Program-made: the position numbers and the translations under genes | DNA from: a bacterium | Lineage (GTDB): Bacteria; UBA8248 | Assembly (NCBI GenBank): GCA_965202625.1 | Contig: CBDBBI010000010.1 | Location: forward strand, 352,001 to 416,000 | Direction: 5' to 3' | DNA: 64,000 nt | The notes under the pieces: generated by a model | What the model was told of the DNA's origin: nothing | Database searches by the model: none | Seen by the model: only the letters and a program-made list of their open reading frames with translations | Part shown: piece after piece, positions 21,286-31,362 of the stretch | Layout: each line of letters starts with the position of its first letter | How positions within the stretch are numbered: the first letter of the stretch is position 1

Positions 21286-21711
21286 GTGAGCTTTCAAGAG
21301 ACTAGGCGCGTGCGGGCAGAACCCGGTATGACCGCCATGATCGATATTATCTTTTTGTTACTCTTATTCTTTGTCCTGAGTTCTTCATTTGTTCTGCAAC
21401 CGGGTGTCAAAGTGGAGTTGCCGAGGACCGTCACGCAGGAGCATTACGTGCGCAAGGATTTGATCCTCATAATAGCGCGCGACAAAAGAATTTTTTTGGA
21501 CAACGAGCAAGTGCCTCTCGAAGCTCTCTGGGGTCGTTTGATAGAGGAGCTCAAGGTGCAGCGCGAGGGTGTAATCATCATCCGGGCTGACAGGGACGTG
21601 CCTCATGGCTTGGTGGTGAAAGTCATGGATATTGCCAAGCAAGCAGGAGCGTTGCGGATGTCGATTGCGACGGCGCCGATAAAGCGGGTGGAGAAGAATA
21701 CGACGAAATAG
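21286..21711 (+). CDS. exbD: ExbD/TolR family protein
   Basis: MIDIIFLLLLFF with the conserved Asp; IIRADRDV...VVKVMD. Confidence 0.9.
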   Translation: MSFQETRRVRAEPGMTAMIDIIFLLLLFFVLSSSFVLQPGVKVELPRTVTQEHYVRKDLILIIARDKRIFLDNEQVPLEALWGRLIEELKVQREGVIIIRADRDVPHGLVVKVMDIAKQAGALRMSIATAPIKRVEKNTTK

Positions 21712-21738
21712 CCCGAAGGAGAGGACGGCTCGGAGATC

Positions 21739-22575
21739 ATGAGCTTTTCGTTAATATTCACTTTATTGATTTCCATCGTTCTTCACGTGGGATTGGTTCT
21801 GCTCGGTCCTGCCATCAAACTCTCACCGATATTCGCTAAGCAGCCTGATAGAACGGAAGTGGACCTTGTGCGCCGCAGGGTACCGATACCGGAAGCCCTG
21901 CGGCCGAAGCCATTGCCCCAAGTTCCCTTGCCCAAACCATTGGATTTGAAGCGCTTGCTGCAAAGAAAGACGGCGAATGAGCGCACCTTGAACCTTGCTG
22001 TGAAGCCGAAATTTCAGGCGCCTGAGCCCGGGGCGTTGCCCAAGAGCAAACAGCTGCCTGCACCTCCCTCGTTCAATATGCCGAAACCCGTGCTCGGGCC
22101 CGGAAAGATACCCCCACCCAAGATCCTGGAAGGGGTAGAAGCGATAGGGGAAATCGTTTTGCCGGCGGACACAGCGGGAGAATCAAAAGGCTTGGAGGGC
22201 GGGAAAAAAGCGTCGTTCCTAGATTCCAGAACAGATCAGAGCATATTGGGTGAATTATGGCGATCGAGTTCCTCGCGCGCCTCTCGGACGAGGAGAGGAA
22301 CCTTCATCAAAGGACCTGCGGCGCAGCGGAGAATCCTGTTTCGGCCAAAGCCGCCCAAACTGGAGAGACTCGAAAGCACTGCGGAGGTCGTCCTGAAATT
22401 TTGGGTGTTGGCCGATGGCGCCGTTGGCCGCGTAATTCCGATTAGAAAGGCGAACGCATACCTAGAGGGTTTGGCTTCGAATCACGTCAAGCGCTGGCGT
22501 TTTAGCCCACTTCCTCCAGGCGCTGACGACACGGAGCAGTGGGGCGAAATCACTTTCCGCTTCGTTTTGCGCTGA
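21739..22575 (+). CDS. TonB/TolA-like energy transducer
   Basis: N-terminal TM with SxxxH (SIVLH), Pro/Lys-rich linker, TonB C-terminal domain (RWRFSP...ITFRF). Confidence 0.8.
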   Translation: MSFSLIFTLLISIVLHVGLVLLGPAIKLSPIFAKQPDRTEVDLVRRRVPIPEALRPKPLPQVPLPKPLDLKRLLQRKTANERTLNLAVKPKFQAPEPGALPKSKQLPAPPSFNMPKPVLGPGKIPPPKILEGVEAIGEIVLPADTAGESKGLEGGKKASFLDSRTDQSILGELWRSSSSRASRTRRGTFIKGPAAQRRILFRPKPPKLERLESTAEVVLKFWVLADGAVGRVIPIRKANAYLEGLASNHVKRWRFSPLPPGADDTEQWGEITFRFVLR

Positions 22576-22584
22576 GGGGGTGCT

Positions 22585-23049
22585 TTGGAATACAGAGCGA
22601 CGGGCTTGTTTTACGAGGAATTTGAAGAGGGCAGGTCGTGGAAGACCGCCGCGAGAACGATAGGGGAGTCCGATGTGAACGCCTTTTCCGCTTTGACGGG
22701 CGATTACACTTATCTACATACCGACGCCGAAGCAGCGGCCAAAACGCCTTTCGGGCAAAGGGTGGCGCATGGATTGCTTGGCCTCTCCTTTCTCATCGGG
22801 CTGGTGACGAGGCTGGGAATCATTGAGGGAACCGTCGAGGCGTTTTTGGGGTTGGAGTGGTGCTTCCGCGGTCCGATTCTCTTCGGAGATACGATTTATG
22901 GAGAGGTCGCAGTGAAATCCAGGCGTATCTCCAGTAAAGAGCAGGGGCTGGTGACGCTCGCTCTGCGGCTCGTGAATCAAAGAAAAGAGATCATACACGA
23001 GGGAGATGTCACCATTATGGTGGAGAGGAAAGATAAGAGCGTGGAATAG
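22585..23049 (+). CDS. MaoC-family (R)-enoyl-CoA hydratase/dehydratase
   Basis: FSALTGDxxxLHTD and FGQRVAHG hydratase-2 motifs. Confidence 0.88.
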   Translation: MEYRATGLFYEEFEEGRSWKTAARTIGESDVNAFSALTGDYTYLHTDAEAAAKTPFGQRVAHGLLGLSFLIGLVTRLGIIEGTVEAFLGLEWCFRGPILFGDTIYGEVAVKSRRISSKEQGLVTLALRLVNQRKEIIHEGDVTIMVERKDKSVE

Positions 23050-23072
23050 TGCCTCTTATGTTCTTCGCCTGA

Positions 23073-23315
23073 TTATCCGCCTACAATCGGCGGAAACACG
23101 CAAATCTCCGCTCCATCTGGTATCAGGGCGGATTTTTTCGCATGTCGCCCATCCAGCAAGACGATATAGGCCTCCTCATGAGGTATTTCAAAGAGATCAA
23201 GCACGTCACACACCCTTGTGGTATCCGGCAGCGCAATTTCGGCCACGCCGTTTGCATCCTGCTCAGGGGGCATTTTCTTCGAAAAATCGGCAAACAGCTT
23301 GAGGCGGATTTTCAC
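23073..23315 (-). CDS. MoaD/ThiS-family ubiquitin-like sulfur carrier
   Basis: 80 aa, IRLKLFA start and C-terminal FPPIVGG; GTGA overlap with larC stop. Confidence 0.88.
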   Translation of the reverse strand: MKIRLKLFADFSKKMPPEQDANGVAEIALPDTTRVCDVLDLFEIPHEEAYIVLLDGRHAKKSALIPDGAEICVFPPIVGG

Positions 23316-24544
23316 GACCGACTCCCTTGCGTTTCTCTGGCGCGTGAGGCGGCTGCTTCCATCACTTGCTTGAGGGGAACGCCGTTTTCTTCCGCCAATC
23401 GCTTGCAGTCTTCATACTCCGGCGCGAGATTAATGAGTTTGCCCTCAAACGTTCCTTTTTTGACGCGTACTTGACCCCACGGAAGCGTGACGTTCATCCA
23501 TTGTCGCTCGGCTATGGAGCGATGCATCGTGCGGTGGCGAACGCCGAGCGTTGACGTCTCTTGAAACACGAACCGGGTGAGCGCTTCTTTTTTAGACACG
23601 GGACTCAGGATGGTGAACAATTGCGCGGGCCTTCCCTTTTTGCCTACAATGGGGGTGGAAAACGCGTCAAGCGCGCCCGCCTTTAATGCGCCTTTTATGA
23701 GATAGGGAAAAAACTCTGGACTCATGTCATCAATGTTGGTTTCGAGCACGGCGATGATGGCGGGAGGATGGTTGTCGTTGCGGCTCGGTTGGCTCTCCCC
23801 CAAAAGAGCGCGAACGACGTTGGGCATGTTTTTCTGGTCTTTCTCGCCCGCCCCATAGCCTACTTTTGTTATTTTCATTTCAGGGATAGGTCCGAAAGAT
23901 TCCGCGCTCTCGCTCAACAGTAAAGCACCTGTGGGCGTCAGTACCTCGCCCTTAAGACCGTTGTCCATCACGGGAACGCCTTCAAGCAGCTTCGCGGTGG
24001 CGGGAGCGGGAATGGGCATCCGCCCGTGCGCGCATTCTACGTATCCGCGCCCTACCGGCAGCGGGGACGACACGACCCGTTCGATTCCCAACATGTGGAG
24101 ACCCAAAAAATAGCCCGTTATGTCAATGATGGAATCAACCGCGCCGACCTCGTGGAAATGAACGGATTCGATGTCAACGCCGTGGATTCTGGCCTCCACC
24201 ACCCCGAGGCGATGGAACGCGGAGACGGCGCGATTTTTAGGGACGTTGGGAATGGATGCGCTTTCGAGAATTTCTCTAATGCGTGCGTAGGAGCGCCCAT
24301 GTGGAGTGGTGGAATGCATCCTCCCGTGGTGTTGATACTGCGTTTTTTTTGTGAGGGTCACGTCGAATTTTTGAGACGTAACGTTTTGTTTAACAAGTCT
24401 TCTTGTAGAGATTGCATAATCCGCGATCGAGAGTTTTCTCAATTCGCCTTCAAGTGCGGAGAAATCAAGGCCGACATCAAGCAAAGCACCCAGGAGCATG
24501 TCGCCGGCAGCGCCCGCGAAGCAGTCAAAATAGATCGTTTTCAC
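23312..24544 (-). CDS. larC: Nickel insertion protein LarC (single uninterrupted ORF)
   Basis: YFDCFAGAAGDM, His-rich loop, HFHEVGAVDSIID, TPTGA, ETNIDD and PEYEDC motifs; GTG start at 24544 overlaps larB stop. Confidence 0.93.
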   Translation of the reverse strand: MKTIYFDCFAGAAGDMLLGALLDVGLDFSALEGELRKLSIADYAISTRRLVKQNVTSQKFDVTLTKKTQYQHHGRMHSTTPHGRSYARIREILESASIPNVPKNRAVSAFHRLGVVEARIHGVDIESVHFHEVGAVDSIIDITGYFLGLHMLGIERVVSSPLPVGRGYVECAHGRMPIPAPATAKLLEGVPVMDNGLKGEVLTPTGALLLSESAESFGPIPEMKITKVGYGAGEKDQKNMPNVVRALLGESQPSRNDNHPPAIIAVLETNIDDMSPEFFPYLIKGALKAGALDAFSTPIVGKKGRPAQLFTILSPVSKKEALTRFVFQETSTLGVRHRTMHRSIAERQWMNVTLPWGQVRVKKGTFEGKLINLAPEYEDCKRLAEENGVPLKQVMEAAASRARETQGSRS

Positions 24545-25299
24545 GAAGCGGTCGTTTGCTTGTTGATGAGGTGACCTTGGCAAGCCGCTCCAAAGCCGTT
24601 GTCGATGTTCACTACGCTGAGTCCAGAGGCGCAGGAGTTTAGCATCGCGAACAGTGCTGTCATCCCACCTAGGTTGGCACCATAGCCTATCGACGTGGGC
24701 ACCGCGATGACGGGACAAGCCACGAGACCGGCGACTACGGAGGGGAGAGCGCCCTCCATGCCCGCCACTGCGATGATGACGTTGGCGTTGCACAGGGTTT
24801 TCATTTCGGCGAGGAGGCGGTGCAGGCCCGCCACCCCCACATCATAGATGCGCCGCACTTGCGATCCCAAAATTCGCGCCGTCACGGCCGCTTCTTCAGC
24901 CACGGGGAGATCCGACGTGCCAGCGCAAAGCACCGTGAGACAGCCAATGGGAGCAGGCGGTTTTTTTGATGGTATTTCTACGATGCGCGCTATTTCGTGG
25001 TGATTCGCATGGGGGGATAATTCTAGCAGGGCCTCGGCGTGCTCCGCTTTCGCGTGCGTGAGAAAAACTGTTTGCTCTTTTGCCAGCAAACTTTTGGCGA
25101 TTTCAACAACCTGCTCTTTGGTTTTTCCAGTCCCGAAAACGACCTCGGGAAACCCGTTTCTCAGAGCGCGGTGATGGTCCACCCGCGTGTGGCCCAGATT
25201 TTCGAACGGCAACTCTCGAAGGCGTGCGAGGGCACCGTCCGGAGCGAGTCGGCCTTCTCTCACCCGCTCAAGGAGTTCGAGTATCAGGTCAGGGTTCAT
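24541..25299 (-). CDS. larB: Nickel-pincer cofactor biosynthesis protein LarB
   Basis: GFPEVV, AGTSDLPVAEEA, DVGVAGLHRL, AGMEGALPS and VVNIDNGFGAA motifs. Confidence 0.95.
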   Translation of the reverse strand: MNPDLILELLERVREGRLAPDGALARLRELPFENLGHTRVDHHRALRNGFPEVVFGTGKTKEQVVEIAKSLLAKEQTVFLTHAKAEHAEALLELSPHANHHEIARIVEIPSKKPPAPIGCLTVLCAGTSDLPVAEEAAVTARILGSQVRRIYDVGVAGLHRLLAEMKTLCNANVIIAVAGMEGALPSVVAGLVACPVIAVPTSIGYGANLGGMTALFAMLNSCASGLSVVNIDNGFGAACQGHLINKQTTAS

Positions 25300-26162
25300 A
25301 GGAGGACGAGAAGATCGGACATACGCTCGGATTTGAGGGTTTCGTTCATGCTGCCCGAACGGAATCCTTCCAGGTCGATGGTCACATACGTGAAGCCGGC
25401 CTCTTTTATGCCATGAATCACCTTCTCAGAGAGCTCCTCGCGTATCAAGCGCGAGATATCTCCCTTTGGGACTTCAATTCTTGCGACGGCGTCGTGGTGG
25501 CGCACCCTCAGTTGCCCAAACCCCAATTTACGCAAGGCACTTTCCGCTTTTTCTACTTGGGCGATTTTCTCGGGGGTGATACGATCCCCATAGGGAAATC
25601 GGCTCGACAAACAGGCTTGCGCCGGTTTGTTCCAGTTAGGAAGGTCCAGTGATTGAGAGTGCGCGCGAATGTCTTCTTTCGTCATTCCCACTTCCATGAG
25701 TGGGCTTCTCACGCCCAGTTCTCGCGCCGCCTGCATTCCGGGGCGATGATCCCCCACGTCATCGGCGTTTGAGCCATCGACGATAACGGCCATCCCCTCT
25801 TTAGACGCCACGCGACCCAGAATCGAATACAGCTCGTTTTTGCAAAAATAACAACGATTCGGTGGGTTGTTTCCAAAGGATTCGTCGGCGATCTCATTTG
25901 TGTCCACGATGACGTGCCGAATTCCGATCTGACTTGCGAGTGCGCTTGATGCTCGCAACTCCGACGCGGCGAGGGTGACAGAGCGGCCCGTGGCGGCAAG
26001 GGAGCGCGCACCTAGGACCTGGTACGCTACTTTGGCCAAAAAGGTGCTGTCCACGCCGGCAGAGAAAGCGACAAGAACGCTCCCCATCTCTCTCAGAATT
26101 CGTTCAAGGTCCTTCAGTTTTCTGTCCAGCTTCGCATCGCTCAAAATATATCTCCGTTCCAT
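25296..26162 (-). CDS. larE: ATP-dependent sulfur transferase LarE, CxxC-C ([4Fe-4S]) type
   Basis: PP-loop SAGVDS, RCYFCK, HRPG, ACLSSRFPYG and GFRSGSMN motifs. Confidence 0.94.
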   Translation of the reverse strand: MERRYILSDAKLDRKLKDLERILREMGSVLVAFSAGVDSTFLAKVAYQVLGARSLAATGRSVTLAASELRASSALASQIGIRHVIVDTNEIADESFGNNPPNRCYFCKNELYSILGRVASKEGMAVIVDGSNADDVGDHRPGMQAARELGVRSPLMEVGMTKEDIRAHSQSLDLPNWNKPAQACLSSRFPYGDRITPEKIAQVEKAESALRKLGFGQLRVRHHDAVARIEVPKGDISRLIREELSEKVIHGIKEAGFTYVTIDLEGFRSGSMNETLKSERMSDLLVLL

Positions 26163-26414
26163 GAATAATTTTCACTTATTCTAATCCATCCGATGCTCCG
26201 GGGGCAACGCATCGACATTCCAGGTTCCATAGCGTATTACAATGTCGAGCTTTTCGATAATGCGTAGTTGTTCCCATGCTCGGATAGATAGTTGTGAGAA
26301 TGCAGGGTTTTCTACGCTCCTCAAGAGCACACGGTTCGCTCCATCGCGCTTAAGCCAAATGGCACTGAACGAGACGTATGCGCGTCGTTTAAGGAGCGCT
26401 AAACAGAAGGGAGG

Positions 26415-27512
26415 GTGAATCCTTTGAACGTAGAGAGCCTCTTGAGGAAGGGCGTCTCGTCCCTTCACGCTTATGTTCCGGGTCGTTCCATCGAAGACGT
26501 GGCCGCCGAGTATGGGGTGAGCGAAATCATTAAGCTCGCTAGCAACGAGAATGCACTCGGACCCACGCCCCAAGCGATTGAGGCGATTCGGAGTGCGTTG
26601 GACGCCCTGCATCGCTATCCAGATGGAGGGGCGAAGGCGTTGCTTAGATGCCTGTCCAAAAAACTGGGTGTGGCGACGTCACAGGTGTTCGTGGGCAACG
26701 GGGGGGATGATGTGCTCTCCGTTTTGGGTAGAACTTTTCTAAACGATGGAGATGAAGTCGTGATACCCCGACTGACCTTCAGTCCCTATGCGCATGTGAG
26801 CCAAGTGATGGGTGCCCATGTTATTTTTTCGCCCTTACAGGATATGAAAATAGATTTAAGCGATGTCCTCGCCAGAATTTCCGGGCGTACGAAACTCATC
26901 TTTTTGTGCTCTCCGAATAATCCCACGGGCGGTATAATAACTGAGGATGAACTGGTTTTGTTTTTGAGAAAATTGCCACGGGACATATTGGTTCTCCTGG
27001 ATGAGGCCTATGGCGATTTTGTGGACGCTCCGTCCTATCCCGATAGCCTGTCCTTGGTAGAGCGTTTCCCGCTCATCGTTTTGCGTTCGTTTTCCAAGAT
27101 TTACGGACTTGCGGGTCTTCGCGTGGGATTTGGCGTTAGCCGGACTGAGGTGGTGCAATATATGAACCGTGTTCGTGAGCCGTTTAATGTGAATCAACTC
27201 GCGCAAGCGGCGGCTTCGGCCGCACTGGAGGATGACGATTATAAAGAGAGGGCCATTGCCCTGGTTCGAGAGGGGAGAGAAACGCTCTACCAAGCGTTCG
27301 ATGTCATGGGGCTCGAATACCTCGAGAGCCATGCGAATTTTGTTTTTGTGCGCGTAGGCGACGGGGATGGGACGATGAGGAAGCTAATGGAGAGGGGCGT
27401 CATCGTTCGGCCGGGTAACGTGTTCGAGTGTCCCGAATGGATTCGCGTAACAGTTGGACTCCCAGAGGAAAATAAACGCTTCCTCCAAAAGCTCAAGGCC
27501 GCTCTTGCCTGA
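26415..27512 (+). CDS. hisC: Histidinol-phosphate aminotransferase
   Basis: KLASNEN, PNNPTG, DEAY and RSFSKIYGLAGLRVG motifs. Confidence 0.93.
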   Translation: MNPLNVESLLRKGVSSLHAYVPGRSIEDVAAEYGVSEIIKLASNENALGPTPQAIEAIRSALDALHRYPDGGAKALLRCLSKKLGVATSQVFVGNGGDDVLSVLGRTFLNDGDEVVIPRLTFSPYAHVSQVMGAHVIFSPLQDMKIDLSDVLARISGRTKLIFLCSPNNPTGGIITEDELVLFLRKLPRDILVLLDEAYGDFVDAPSYPDSLSLVERFPLIVLRSFSKIYGLAGLRVGFGVSRTEVVQYMNRVREPFNVNQLAQAAASAALEDDDYKERAIALVREGRETLYQAFDVMGLEYLESHANFVFVRVGDGDGTMRKLMERGVIVRPGNVFECPEWIRVTVGLPEENKRFLQKLKAALA

Positions 27513-27596
27513 AGCAACTTCTGGGCGAGATAAAGCTTTTCAAGGGTTGCGAGCAGGGCCCGCTCTCGGGAGAGACCGCACTCCCTTCAGGGAAGC

Positions 27597-27872
27597 CTAT
27601 CCGTTGAGTGCGTCTTTCAGTTTTTTTCCGGGAGAGAACTTGGGGGTTTTGTTGGCCTTGATCTGGATTTGCTCGCCCGTTCGCGGGTTGCGTCCCATAC
27701 GCGCGGCCCGTGCCGAGACGGAAAACGTGCCGAAGCCGACGAGTGAGACGCGATTTCCTTTTTTCAGTGTCTGTGTGATGGAGCCAAGCAGAGAGTCGAT
27801 TGCCCGACCTGCCGCGGCTTTGGAAATACCCGCATCTTCCGTTATTTTTTCCACCAGATCAGATTTTTGCAT
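27597..27872 (-). CDS. hup: DNA-binding protein HU
   Basis: [10 protein letters not shown]...LVGFGTF...GRNPRTGE...PKFSPGK; 91 aa. Confidence 0.95.
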   Translation of the reverse strand: MQKSDLVEKITEDAGISKAAAGRAIDSLLGSITQTLKKGNRVSLVGFGTFSVSARAARMGRNPRTGEQIQIKANKTPKFSPGKKLKDALNG

Positions 27873-27966
27873 TTGATAGGGTCCCTTTGAAATTTGAGCG
27901 AATATATTGTTCCTTGTTGGTGAGGTCAAGGGGAGTTTTTTTAAGACGCGGGGACCGACCTCGAGG

Positions 27967-29679
27967 CTAGCGAAGCGACAAGCCGGTCCGGCGCGGCATT
28001 TTGCGAAGGCGGTCGTAGCGTGCGACGATGGGCTGGTTGCGCAGGGGCTTGGGTTCATCCTCAAGGTTTTGTTGATGGACGTCGTCTGAAAAACCTTGAA
28101 TGCCGACTCTGGGTAGAGCCTTGCCGATGAAGCGTTCGATATTTTTTACAGGTGTGATTTCGCCGGGCGACATGAGTGTCATCGCGTAACCGATGCGGCC
28201 CGCGCGAGCCGTCCTGCCGGCTCGGTGCACATAGTCCTCTGGATATTCGGGCGCATCATAGTTGATGACGTGCGAGATGCCCGTCACGTCGATGCCTCGT
28301 GAGACGATGTCCGTCGCCACGAGAACGCGATGCTTCCCTTGCCGAAATCCTGACAACGCACTCTCTCTTTGACGTTGACTTCTGTCAGAGTGAATCTTGG
28401 CGACGGAAATTTCCTCTTTCTCTAGAAAGCGGCAAAGCTGATCAGCACCCGTCTTGGTTCGCGTGAAAATGAGGACGCTCGTAGCTTCGTATTTCTCGAT
28501 AATGCTTAGCACGCTTCGGGGTTTGTTCGCCATGCTGATGGGGTAGACGCCGTGGTGAATGCCCTCGGCCGGAGTCGATGGCGGTGAGATGTTGATTTGT
28601 ATGGGGTTGTCCACCGCCCGATTCGCTAGTTCCTGGATTTTAGATGGCATGGTGGCGGAGAAGAGCATGGTTTGCCGTTTTTTGGGCAAACGTTTCAAGA
28701 TTTCCGTAATTTCTTCGGCAAAGCCCATGTCCATCATACGGTCGGCCTCGTCAATGATGAGTATCTCCAGTTTCTTGAAATTAACGGATTTTCGGTTCAA
28801 ATGGTCGAGCAGCCTGCCGGGCGTCGCCACAACGACGTCTACGTCGTCTCGGAATACCCGAAACTGTGGCTCATAATCCACGCCGCCGTAAATGACGGCG
28901 CACGAGGTTTTAAGGTGCTTTCCGAGTTTATGAAATTGTTCTGAGACCTGAATGGCCAGCTCGCGCGTGGGCGTGAGGACGAGACACCGAGTGCCTGAGT
29001 CCGCCTGTAGGCGTTCGAGCGTTGGCAGAGCGAACGAAGCCGTTTTCCCTGTCCCGGTCTGAGCGCAGCCGATGATGTCTTCACCTTTGCGCGCGAAGGG
29101 GATCACTTTTTTTTGAATGGGAGTCGGCGCACCGAATCCCATTGTGTGAATCCCTCTGAGCAACTCTGGCCTCAACCCGAGTTCCCTAAAACCCTCGGGC
29201 GCCTGGTTGACGTCGAAGTCACCCATTCCTAATTCGGTTGCTTCTTTGTGGTAGGTGACGCCATTGTAGGAGGTATTAGTGGTTTCCCGGTGGTTTTGGC
29301 GCTTTGCTTCAGGCTCCAACGCGTCGGTTTTCTTTTTTCGGCGCCTTCCCCTTCTGTGGGGCTTCGATTGGTTGTCCTCGTTTTTTTGTTTGTCGGCTTT
29401 TGCGGCCACTTCGTTTTGCTTATGCAAAGGTTCTCCGTTACTTTGTTTTTTTCTTGGGCGTCTGCGCCGGCGGCGCGGGTTCTTGACGTTCGGGTTGACT
29501 TTTTCCGGTTGGGATTCACCATGAGTGCGTTTGGAGGCGGAACCGTGATCGCTCTGGCCAGCGTGATTTCCTGACGGCGCAGATGCAAGGTCCCTCACCT
29601 TATGGGGTGAATGGTTCTCAGGAGTTTCTTTTTTGTTTTTGGAGCGCAGGGTGCTCACTAGGTATTTAATAATCCTCAC
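27967..29679 (-). CDS. DEAD-box RNA helicase (RhlE-like) with a long basic N-terminal extension
   Basis: [26 protein letters not shown] and HRAGRTAR motifs. Confidence 0.93.
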   Translation of the reverse strand: MRIIKYLVSTLRSKNKKETPENHSPHKVRDLASAPSGNHAGQSDHGSASKRTHGESQPEKVNPNVKNPRRRRRRPRKKQSNGEPLHKQNEVAAKADKQKNEDNQSKPHRRGRRRKKKTDALEPEAKRQNHRETTNTSYNGVTYHKEATELGMGDFDVNQAPEGFRELGLRPELLRGIHTMGFGAPTPIQKKVIPFARKGEDIIGCAQTGTGKTASFALPTLERLQADSGTRCLVLTPTRELAIQVSEQFHKLGKHLKTSCAVIYGGVDYEPQFRVFRDDVDVVVATPGRLLDHLNRKSVNFKKLEILIIDEADRMMDMGFAEEITEILKRLPKKRQTMLFSATMPSKIQELANRAVDNPIQINISPPSTPAEGIHHGVYPISMANKPRSVLSIIEKYEATSVLIFTRTKTGADQLCRFLEKEEISVAKIHSDRSQRQRESALSGFRQGKHRVLVATDIVSRGIDVTGISHVINYDAPEYPEDYVHRAGRTARAGRIGYAMTLMSPGEITPVKNIERFIGKALPRVGIQGFSDDVHQQNLEDEPKPLRNQPIVARYDRLRKMPRRTGLSLR

Positions 29680-29758
29680 GGTGAACGTTTATAGGGAAGA
29701 CGTTCGCGTCTGTCAAGCGGAAAATCCCAAGAACTTGCTATTCGAGGAGAGTTGATTC

Positions 29759-30760
29759 ATGGCGAAAAAGGGGGTCGTTTTGTGGCGTCAGGAGAGCATT
29801 GATGCGAGGGATATTCCGCAATTCGCCAAATGGTGCGAGGATGCGGGCATGGACTCGTTGTGGTTTCCCGAAACCTGGGTGCGCGACGCCAGTGTTCACA
29901 TTGCCATGGCGGCGCAAGCGGTCGATAAAATGAAACTGGGCTCTGCGGTATTCAACGTTTATGGGAGAAGCCCGGGCCTTATGGCGCAAACGGCGGCGGA
30001 GCTGGACATTTTAAGTGATGGCCGCTTCCACTTGGGCATTGGCTCAAGTGGTCGCGCGGTGATCGAGCACTGGCACGGAATTCCATTCGGAAGTCCCCTT
30101 AAGCGCTCTCGGGAGATGGTGGACGCGCTGCGCCAGGCGTTCAGGGGGGAGAGGGTGGAACTGAATGGCGAGGTCTACAAGATGAGCGGTTTTAAGCTGA
30201 GACGAAAGCCGATTCAAGAGCGGCTGCCCATCTATCTGGGGGCAAACGGCCCTAATTATACGAAATTAACCGGAGAGATTGCCGATGGTTGGATTCCTTT
30301 CTGTATACCATTTTCTAGAACGTGGGACGCGCTGAAAATGTTGGAAGAGGGCGCAAAATCGGCCGACAGGGCACTCTTTGAAATTGATGTCGCCCCCTTC
30401 ATCTACGCGGTGCCCTTCGATGACGTTAAGCGCGCTCGCGCCCTCGTGAAGCCGGAGCTGGGTTTCTACATAGGCGCGATGGGCGATTACTACCATGCCC
30501 AGCTCACGCGCTGGGGCTATGGCAAAGATGCGGACAATATTCGGGCAGCCTGGAGGAGAGGAGGTCGGAGGGTGGTCGGAGAGGCTCTCTCGGATGATCT
30601 GGTGGACGAACTTGGTATTTGCGGTCCCAAATCAAGGTGTAACGAGGCTCTTGCGGCTCTGCGGGAGGTGGGCGTCACGCAGCCGCTTTTCCGGGTGCCA
30701 GATGAAATGGGGGAAGAAGACGTGAGGCGCGCGATCCAAATCCTAGGAGAACTCGACTGA
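29759..30760 (+). CDS. LLM-class flavin/F420-dependent oxidoreductase
   Basis: LSDGRFHLGIG, PIYLGANGP and GEIADGW luciferase-like motifs. Confidence 0.87.
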   Translation: MAKKGVVLWRQESIDARDIPQFAKWCEDAGMDSLWFPETWVRDASVHIAMAAQAVDKMKLGSAVFNVYGRSPGLMAQTAAELDILSDGRFHLGIGSSGRAVIEHWHGIPFGSPLKRSREMVDALRQAFRGERVELNGEVYKMSGFKLRRKPIQERLPIYLGANGPNYTKLTGEIADGWIPFCIPFSRTWDALKMLEEGAKSADRALFEIDVAPFIYAVPFDDVKRARALVKPELGFYIGAMGDYYHAQLTRWGYGKDADNIRAAWRRGGRRVVGEALSDDLVDELGICGPKSRCNEALAALREVGVTQPLFRVPDEMGEEDVRRAIQILGELD

Positions 30761-30764
30761 AATC

Positions 30765-31285
30765 CTATTTTGGATATCGTCCCCAGCCTGCGATATGGCT
30801 CCTCAGGTAGTAAATTTGTCCCATGTGAGAGAGATGGTCGCCGAAGTATCGGCCCAATGCCAAGCCAATCTTGATGCGCTCTGCGCCGGCGAAATCGGTT
30901 TTTCCCTCATCGAGGTCCGCCGCGCGTAATTCCAATAGGCAGGCGAGCGTTTTCTCGCGTAGGTACTCAAAGTAGCCCCGCAAATTTGTTGACTGTGAGT
31001 GCTAAGACCTGCTCGAGCGTGTCGCCCATGCCGTCTCGGTTAGGCTCTGGCGCCATGACGAAGCGCTCGTGCCATCTCGCCGCTATCCAAATCTGCGAGG
31101 TTTCGCTGATAAATGAGAATGTTCTGTCCTCAAAGCGTTTCATATGTCAGATGAGCCAGCCCATGGTGTTGTCGTTTGTCCGGGTTGAATCGTGAAGTCC
31201 GTGCGTCCCTGACGTCTTCCACCGCTTCTCGAAGCCTTATGCCATAGACGTTCAGGCGTTGGGAAATGAGTGTGGGGGCGTCCAT
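30765..31285 (-). pseudogene. DinB/YfiT-family protein, disrupted
   Basis: NTMGWLI*HMKRFED (Trp codon replaced by TGA at 31149-31147), WHERF and HLSHMGQIYYLR pieces spread over several frames. Confidence 0.75.
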
Positions 31286-31362
31286 CCGGGTTTTCCTTCG
31301 CGTATGATGCAGACAAAAGCGCGTGCGCCTCTCAGGGGAGCGTTTTTTGGCAGTTGACTTCG

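Noticed and set aside
24545-24793. N-terminal extension of larC in the ORF track
   Set aside because: It overlaps larB in another frame; the conserved LarC start is the GTG at 24544
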